Assembly: GCA_046583315.1 (NCBI GenBank)
Contig: JAYGCN010000302.1
Coordinates: 1 to 13,926, forward strand
From: Candidatus Hydrogenedentota bacterium
GTDB lineage: Bacteria; Hydrogenedentota; Hydrogenedentia; Hydrogenedentales; GCA-2746185
Direction: 5' to 3'
DNA length: 13,926 nucleotides
Below are positions 8,851 through 13,926 of this stretch, piece after piece. Positions within the stretch are counted from its first letter, which is position 1. Every line of letters starts with the position of its first letter. The notes under the pieces were generated by a model that made no database searches, was not told where the DNA came from, and was given only the letters and a program-made list of their open reading frames with translations. The position numbers and the translations under genes were made by a program.

Positions 8851-8897
8851 GGGAGGCACCGATAAGCCTGCAGCCAGGCACAAAACTTGGCACCTTC
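8851..8897 (+). pseudogene. Relic 5' end of a Ser/Thr kinase gene (RBS plus about 12 codons)
   Basis: GGGAGG (8851-8856), then ATA AGC CTG CAG CCA GGC ACA AAA CTT GGC ACC TTC (8862-8897) = (I/M)SLQPGTKLGTF. This matches the N-terminus MSLNIGTKLGTF of the kinase at 10127. Similarity stops after 8897. Confidence 0.65.
8876..8896 (+). repeat. Direct repeat, copy 1 (copy 2 at 10141-10161)
   Basis: AGGCACAAAACTTGGCACCTT versus AGGCACAAAACTAGGCACCTT: 20/21 identical, and the mismatch is a synonymous third position (CTT/CTA, Leu). Confidence 0.85.
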
Positions 8898-9102
8898 CGG
8901 TCGGTATGGTTCCGCTACGCGGCGACGGGCGATGCATTATGAGTCTCGCCGTGGGTGAACGATTTGTCGACCGGTCTTGTGGTAGCGGATGTCGCCGAAT
9001 AAGGAGAGTATGCTGCATTGGTCTTGGTTAGAAAGAGTGACCAGAATCTTCTATTATGCGGGGAATTGCTGCAATGAGCGTAAACACGAAAGGAATAGTC
9101 TC

Positions 9103-10065
9103 ATGAATTTCAAACTCCTACGGATGCCGTTAATGGCGGCGGGTATTGTCTTGGCAATAGGTATTGCGGGCGGGAACAAAACGGCGGCGCAGGAAAAGTG
9201 GTATCCGTCGAAACATGGTGCAGACGACACATTGGGCGCAATCAATTTTCTGTCGCCGGAGAAGGTGGTGGAGGCCGCGAAACTGATCAAGACCGGGAAG
9301 ACGTATGCGCTGGGCGTTGAGTTGGGGCGTGAGACTCCAGGCTACGGTACGCGAACATTTCAGCTGTTTGCGGTCGGCTCCGGGGACGGTTCAGGTGCGA
9401 CGCAGGGAAAGAACAAGATGACCGCTAATGACGACTGGATCATGATGTGGTTAGGGATCGGAAGCCAGATAGACGGTCTCGGTCATTTGGGCATCGACCA
9501 CCGCTACTATAACGGTACGCATATATCCGAATTCTGGGTGGCGGATGGTCTGACGAAGTTCGGAATAGACACGCTGCCGCCTATTGTGACGCGCGGGGTG
9601 TTGTTGGACATCGCGGCCTACCGGGGCGAGAAGATGATGAAGGCAGGTACGGCCATCAATCGAAAAGATATTGAGGGGGCGATGAACGCGCAAAAAATCG
9701 AAATTGGTAAGGGTGACGTCGTGATTCTAAATACGGGATGGCAGGCGTTGGCGACGAGCGATCCAGAAAAATTTCTTTCGGGACAACCAGGATTGGGCGT
9801 TGAAGGGGCGAAATTTCTGGCGTCCAAAGATGTGGTGGCCATCGGAGCGGACCAATGGGGACTGGAAGTGATTCCTGGAGAGGACTCCGAGCTTCTTTTC
9901 CCGGTACACCAGGAACTGTTGGCGAAGAATGGAATATACATTCTTGAAAATATGAAGACCGATGAACTCGTGGCGGACAAGGCGTGGGAATTTCTTTTCG
10001 TATTGGGTCAGCCCAAGCTCAAAGGGGCGGTGCAGGGAATCATCAATCCTGTAGCGATTCGTTAA
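9103..10065 (+). CDS. Secreted cyclase-family (kynurenine formamidase-like) metal-dependent hydrolase
   Basis: ATG 9103 follows AAGGA at about 9090-9094. Signal peptide MNFKLLRMPLMAAGIVLAIGIAGGNKTAA-Q. Family motifs: WYPSKHGADDTLGAINFL, GSQIDGLGH, PIVTRGVLLDIA, GDVVILNTGW, PGLGVEGAKFL, AIGADQWGLE, VHQELLAKNGIYILEN, KLKGAVQGIINPVAIR. Confidence 0.9.
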   Translation: MNFKLLRMPLMAAGIVLAIGIAGGNKTAAQEKWYPSKHGADDTLGAINFLSPEKVVEAAKLIKTGKTYALGVELGRETPGYGTRTFQLFAVGSGDGSGATQGKNKMTANDDWIMMWLGIGSQIDGLGHLGIDHRYYNGTHISEFWVADGLTKFGIDTLPPIVTRGVLLDIAAYRGEKMMKAGTAINRKDIEGAMNAQKIEIGKGDVVILNTGWQALATSDPEKFLSGQPGLGVEGAKFLASKDVVAIGADQWGLEVIPGEDSELLFPVHQELLAKNGIYILENMKTDELVADKAWEFLFVLGQPKLKGAVQGIINPVAIR

Positions 10066-10126
10066 TGTAGAAGAGGATGAGATTTTGCGGGTTTAATTGA
10101 CGGGCATCACTGCAGGAGTCATACAA

Positions 10127-12729
10127 TTGTCATTAAATATAGGCACAAAACTAGGCACCTTTGAAATCATCGGCCTGCTCGGTAAAGGCGGGATGGGTGA
10201 GGTGTATCGTGCGACGGATTCGAAGTTGGGTCGTGAGGTGGCGATTAAGGTGTTGTCGGAAAACGTCGCTCAAGATGAGGAACGGTTGGAACGTTTCAAG
10301 CGGGAAGCGATGACACTCGCGTCCCTCGACCATTCCAACATTGGCGCTCTCTACGATTTTCAAACCGAAAACGGTTATCACTTCCTCGTGATGCAGCTCA
10401 TCGAAGGCGATACCCTTGCCGACCGCATCGCCCAAGGCCCCATAATGACCAGTGAAGTCGTACCCGTCTTCACGCAAATCGCCGAGACCCTCGAAGAAGC
10501 CCACAACGTCGGCATCGTCCATCGAGACCTCAAACCCGCCAACATCAAAATCACCGACGACGACAAAGTCCGCGTCATCGATTTCGGCATCGCCAAAACT
10601 CTGACCCAACAGTCCAGCTTCGGCATGACCACCCCCACGCCCGGCTCCACACCCGATCCAGAAGCCCCCACCCGCATCGGCATCCCCACGCCCGCCTACA
10701 GCCTCACCCACGAAGGCATGATGGTCGGCACCCCCAGCTACAGGAGCCCCGAACAAGTCCGGGGACGCGCAGTAGATCGCCGCACCGACATCTGGGCCTT
10801 CGGTATCTGCATGTACGAAGCCCTCACCGGCACCATGCCCTTCCAAGGCGACACCATCTCGGATGTTCTCAGCTCCGTCCTCCGCGATGACGTCGACTGG
10901 GACAAACTCCCCGACAATCTCCCACGCAACATCCGCCGTCTACTCAAACGCTGCCTCGAACACGACCTCCGCCTGCGACTGCGCGACATCGGTGAAGCCT
11001 GGGTCGCATTACGGGCAGATGAAGACGACGAACCCGTCGTGCAAGTCATCACCCAGGAAAACCCGCACGTCAGCCGATTCACCATTTCCCTGCCCGACGG
11101 CGCACGACTGTCCACCAGTCCCGCCCCCTGCGATTCTCGCCTGACGCCAAAACCCTGCTGATCATGGTCGTGGAAGATGCCCGTCGCCGATTCCTGTTGC
11201 GCCCCATGGATTCCCTCGACCTCGTATCCATTCAAGACACGGAAGGTGCCGCCGCACCCTTCTTTTCTCCCGACGGAACCTGGCTCGGATACGTCCAAGA
11301 TCAAGAAATGAAGCGGATGCGATTGTCCGACGGAAGCGTACAAACCATCACCCGCGTGAATAAGAAGGTGTTTAACATAATCTGCAACAAAGACGAAATG
11401 ATTTACTGGTCTGAGGTCGGATCAGGCGTGAAATGCATCCCGGCTAGGGGCGGCGAAGTTCAACAGTTGACCACGCTGTCCGAAGAAGACCGTGAGCAAT
11501 GGCAAATCCCGATAAGTTTCGATGAAAAAGGGGACTTCTTCAGCCTGACCTCGATTTTTGGGGATGACGCAGCACCACACGCCGAGATAGTGGACCTAAG
11601 AACCGGGACGCGAACATGGCTTCACGATCAGGCCAATGGCGCGACTATCCTCAAATCAGGTCACATGGTATATACACGTAGAAACACTCTTCTTGCCGCG
11701 CGGGCGGATTGGAATGTCCCAAGTATTGTAGGCGCACCCGTCCCGATCATTGAAAACGTGGAAACCGATTTCGGAGGGACCTCGCCGTATTCGCGGTATC
11801 GGCAAATGGCGACCTCGTCTACGCACCCAGTTCAACGGAGAAGACACCCAATTCGTTGTACTGGATTGAACGGGACGGCACCCAACGTGAAATTCAGGTA
11901 CCGCCCAACACGTATTTCGCCCCCAAGATTTCCCCCGACGGAGAACTCCTACTGCTCGTAGCCCCCGATCACAACAATCGGCTACAGACCCTATCTCTAC
12001 GACATCGCTCGGGGCGTCCTGGAACGACTCACTCATGAAGGCAAGGAGAACGTCGTCCCCATGTGGCATCCGGATGGGAACCGAATCGTATACACTAGTC
12101 AGGGAGTAACGATACCCAGAATGTATTGGTTCAACCTGGACGACGGCACGAGTGAACCCGTTCACGACAGCGACATCTCAGAATGGCCAGCCTCCTTTTC
12201 GCCGGACGGAAAAACGCTGGCCTATATGCGCACTTCGGGTGCCACCAATTATGAAATCTGGACGCTCACCGAAGGCGAGGAAGCGAAACCTTTCATTGAC
12301 ATCGCCGCTCGCTGTTTCTGTCCTCGATTCCATCCCTCCGGCGACTACATTGCCTATTCCTCTGATGAATCCGACGTCTGGGAAGTCTACATTCGCCCCT
12401 TCGGACGAACCGGACGCCGCATCCAGGTATCCGTCGGTGGCGGAGTCGATCCGCGATGGTCACCCAGCGGCGACGAACTCTATTATAGAAACGGATACAC
12501 AGTTTTCGCGGTATCGATCTCCATTGACGGTCGATTACGTGTGGGTCAGCCCGAAGCGTTATTCGATTTCCCCTTCGGACCCCGCGTGAGCCAATACGCG
12601 CCCAATTTCGATGTCCATCCAGATGGGAACAAGTTCATCATCACTGAAAACACCGCCGATGTCCGAAACATCAGAGAATTCGTCGTGGTCAAAAACTGGA
12701 TCGAAGAATTGAAGAAACTCGTTCCCTAG
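10127..12729 (+). pseudogene. Hanks-type Ser/Thr protein kinase fused to TolB-like (PD40/WD40-like) beta-propellers, interrupted by three frameshifts (pseudogene or sequencing errors)
   Basis: TTG 10127 with AGGAG at 10114-10118. Kinase motifs: GKGGMGEVY, VAIK, HRDLKPANI, DFG, GTPSYRSPE, DIWAFG. Propeller motifs continue across frames: LRFSPDAKTLL (frame change about 11108-11128), PFFSPDGTWLGY, then FAVSANGDLVY...LYWIERDG...PKISPDG (change about 11773-11781), then YLYDIARGVLERLT...PMWHPDG (change about 11962-11990), SFSPDG, FHPSG, PRWSPSG, FDVHPDG, ending VVKNWIEELKKLVP*. The repaired length would be about 867 aa. Confidence 0.85.
10141..10161 (+). repeat. Direct repeat, copy 2 (within the first codons of the kinase gene)
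   Basis: AGGCACAAAACTAGGCACCTT encodes GTKLGT and is 20/21 identical to 8876-8896. Confidence 0.85.
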
Positions 12730-12735
12730 GAAAGC

Positions 12736-13275
12736 TCACGACGTCGGTACAATCGGCAATCCATCAATCGACTCCGTCTGCGCAGCAATCTTCTCCAACT
12801 TCTTCTCATCCGAAATCCCCGCAGCAAACTCGTTGTGCGTCTGCCGCTCCTCCGTGTATTCATACCGTGGAATCGCCCAGCCACACGAATCCTGCGTCGA
12901 CTCCACATGAATAATCACAATCTGCCGCTGCCCCGGAAACGATTCAAACTGCCCCATCAACTCATCCCACTGCGCATCCTTCGGCCCAATCACTTCCCCC
13001 CGACCATAAATTCGAAGAATATTCGGAGCCTGATCAAACGAACACAGCATCACCGTAATCCGCCCGTCATTTTGAATATGCGCACACGTCTCATTTCCCG
13101 ACCCCATCAAATCCAGATACGCCACTCTATTGGAAGCAAGCACCAGAAACGAATCCATCCCCTTCGGCGACAGATTAATCCGCCCGGAGCTATGCGCCGT
13201 CGCCGTAAAGAACATATGCTGCTTGCCGATGAACTCAATTTGCTTCTCAGTAAGAGTTTCGTAAAAACTGGCCAT
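12736..13275 (-). CDS. Pyridoxamine 5'-phosphate oxidase-family (FMN-binding split barrel) protein
   Basis: AAAGGAG RBS 8 nt before the ATG. Motifs FIGKQHMFFTATA...INLSPKG...VAYLDLMGSGNET.AH...GRITVMLCSF...PNILRIYGRG...RQI......QDSCGWAIP are typical of the family. Reading frame is intact. Confidence 0.9.
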   Translation of the reverse strand: MASFYETLTEKQIEFIGKQHMFFTATAHSSGRINLSPKGMDSFLVLASNRVAYLDLMGSGNETCAHIQNDGRITVMLCSFDQAPNILRIYGRGEVIGPKDAQWDELMGQFESFPGQRQIVIIHVESTQDSCGWAIPRYEYTEERQTHNEFAAGISDEKKLEKIAAQTESIDGLPIVPTS

Positions 13276-13412
13276 GACTCAGACTCCTTTTGTATATACC
13301 GTGCACGCTTACTCTATCATAGCCCCATGCATATTTCGCCGGAACTTAATACGACTCAGCGGGATACACACTGATAATCGCATCAGCGAAGCCCTGTCCA
13401 CAGGCATCCAAT

Positions 13413-13926
13413 ATGAAACGTCGCTATTTCATAGGTTTTGCCCTGATACTCGCCGTAATCGCTGTGTTCGGTCTCTTCGGCCTACGACAGTTGGACGAAT
13501 CATACGTAGAAATTGAGCGCCCTGTCGAGCATGCCAATACTCCTGATTCAATGCCCCTTTCCGATAGAAACTTTACCCGCTCCAACACGAATTCCTCTAT
13601 GTGCTCGAAGAAATACTCTCCAGAGAAATCGAAACATTCTCCATTCACGGCATGATTCGCAACGTAAAAGACGGTCGTGTTCCAGGAGCGCAGATTGAGC
13701 TGGACGGTCCCGTATTCACATCGACCGTCACAGATGTCAACGGAGAATACCGCATCGCAGACCTCCCCCCCGGACGATACCGCGCCGAAGTAAAGCACCC
13801 CCTTTACACCTCTCTTCGAAAGCTCGTTAAGGTTGAAGCCGATCAAGGAATCGCTCTCAACCTGGATTGGATTACGATAAAAGGTCACGTGCGCGGAGAA
13901 GGCATCGATATTTCGATCGAAAAATT
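13413..13926 (+). CDS. Membrane-anchored carboxypeptidase-regulatory-like domain protein, probably frameshifted, 3'-truncated by window edge
   Basis: N-terminal anchor MKRRYFIGFALILAVIAVFGLFGLR, with that frame stopping at 13655. A -1 frame is open from 13568 to the end: KLYPLQHEF...FSIHGMIRNVKDGRVPGAQIELDGPVFTSTVTDVNGEYRIADLPPGRYRAEVKHPLY...ITIKGHVRG. This matches the I.G.V....G.P..GA.V...TD..G.Y....LPPG.Y...V..P.Y pattern of CarboxypepD_reg-like beta-sandwiches. Confidence 0.7.

Noticed and set aside
8876..8900. GGCAC/TGGCAC sequences resembling a sigma54 -24 box
   Set aside because: There is no GC at the -12 position (GGCACAAAACTTGG; TGGCACCTTCCGGTC). The sequence is better explained as kinase codons GTKLGT.
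8989..9102. Upstream in-frame starts for the cyclase (ATG 8989; AAGGAG then ATG 9010 with two Trp codons, suggesting a Trp-sensing leader)
   Set aside because: AAGGAG is only 3 nt from ATG 9010, the frame has no separate stop so it is not a leader peptide, and the extension would bury the signal peptide.
8876..10161. Interpreting the 21-nt direct repeat as a CRISPR repeat, IS target-site duplication or phage att site
   Set aside because: There are only two copies 1.27 kb apart, no cas, transposase or integrase gene, and no terminal inverted repeats. The similarity follows kinase codons.
13346..13358. TTAATACGACTCA, a 13-nt match to the upstream part of the T7 promoter
   Set aside because: It lacks the CTATAG initiation region and there is no phage or vector context. 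Treated as coincidence.
13341..13372. GGAACTT resembling an ECF sigma -35 element before the last gene
   Set aside because: I could not identify a convincing -10 element at the expected spacing.
13424..13888. 154-aa minus-strand ORF
   Set aside because: It is the antisense shadow of the + strand carboxypeptidase-regulatory-like frame, which carries the recognisable motifs.

Overview
Bacterial window, mostly C-rich on the + strand, with gene families typical of Planctomycetota, Verrucomicrobiota and Ca. Hydrogenedentota (taxonomy is inference only). Left part, + strand: the 3' end of a Gfo/Idh/MocA oxidoreductase, a secreted ThuA-like/HEAT-repeat/F5-8C fusion protein, a planctomycete cytochrome c + DUF1549 + DUF1553 protein, and a Tat-signal DUF1501 protein. 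A convergent cytochrome c + leucine-rich-repeat gene follows. Right part: a secreted cyclase-family (kynurenine formamidase-like) metallohydrolase, a Hanks-type Ser/Thr kinase fused to TolB-like propellers and broken by three frameshifts, a convergent pyridoxamine-5'-phosphate-oxidase-family gene, and a probably frameshifted membrane-anchored carboxypeptidase-regulatory-like gene that runs off the window. The most notable structure not shown by the ORF track is a dead copy of a kinase 5' end at 8851-8897 (RBS plus (I)SLQPGTKLGTF, with a 20/21-nt match to the start of the downstream kinase). It sits upstream of a ~1.4 kb segment with inverted G/C strand bias that carries the cyclase gene and ends inside the kinase gene. 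This suggests cargo was inserted by recombination between kinase paralogs. No rRNA, tRNA, CRISPR array or transposase was seen. All family calls come from motif recognition, not database searches.
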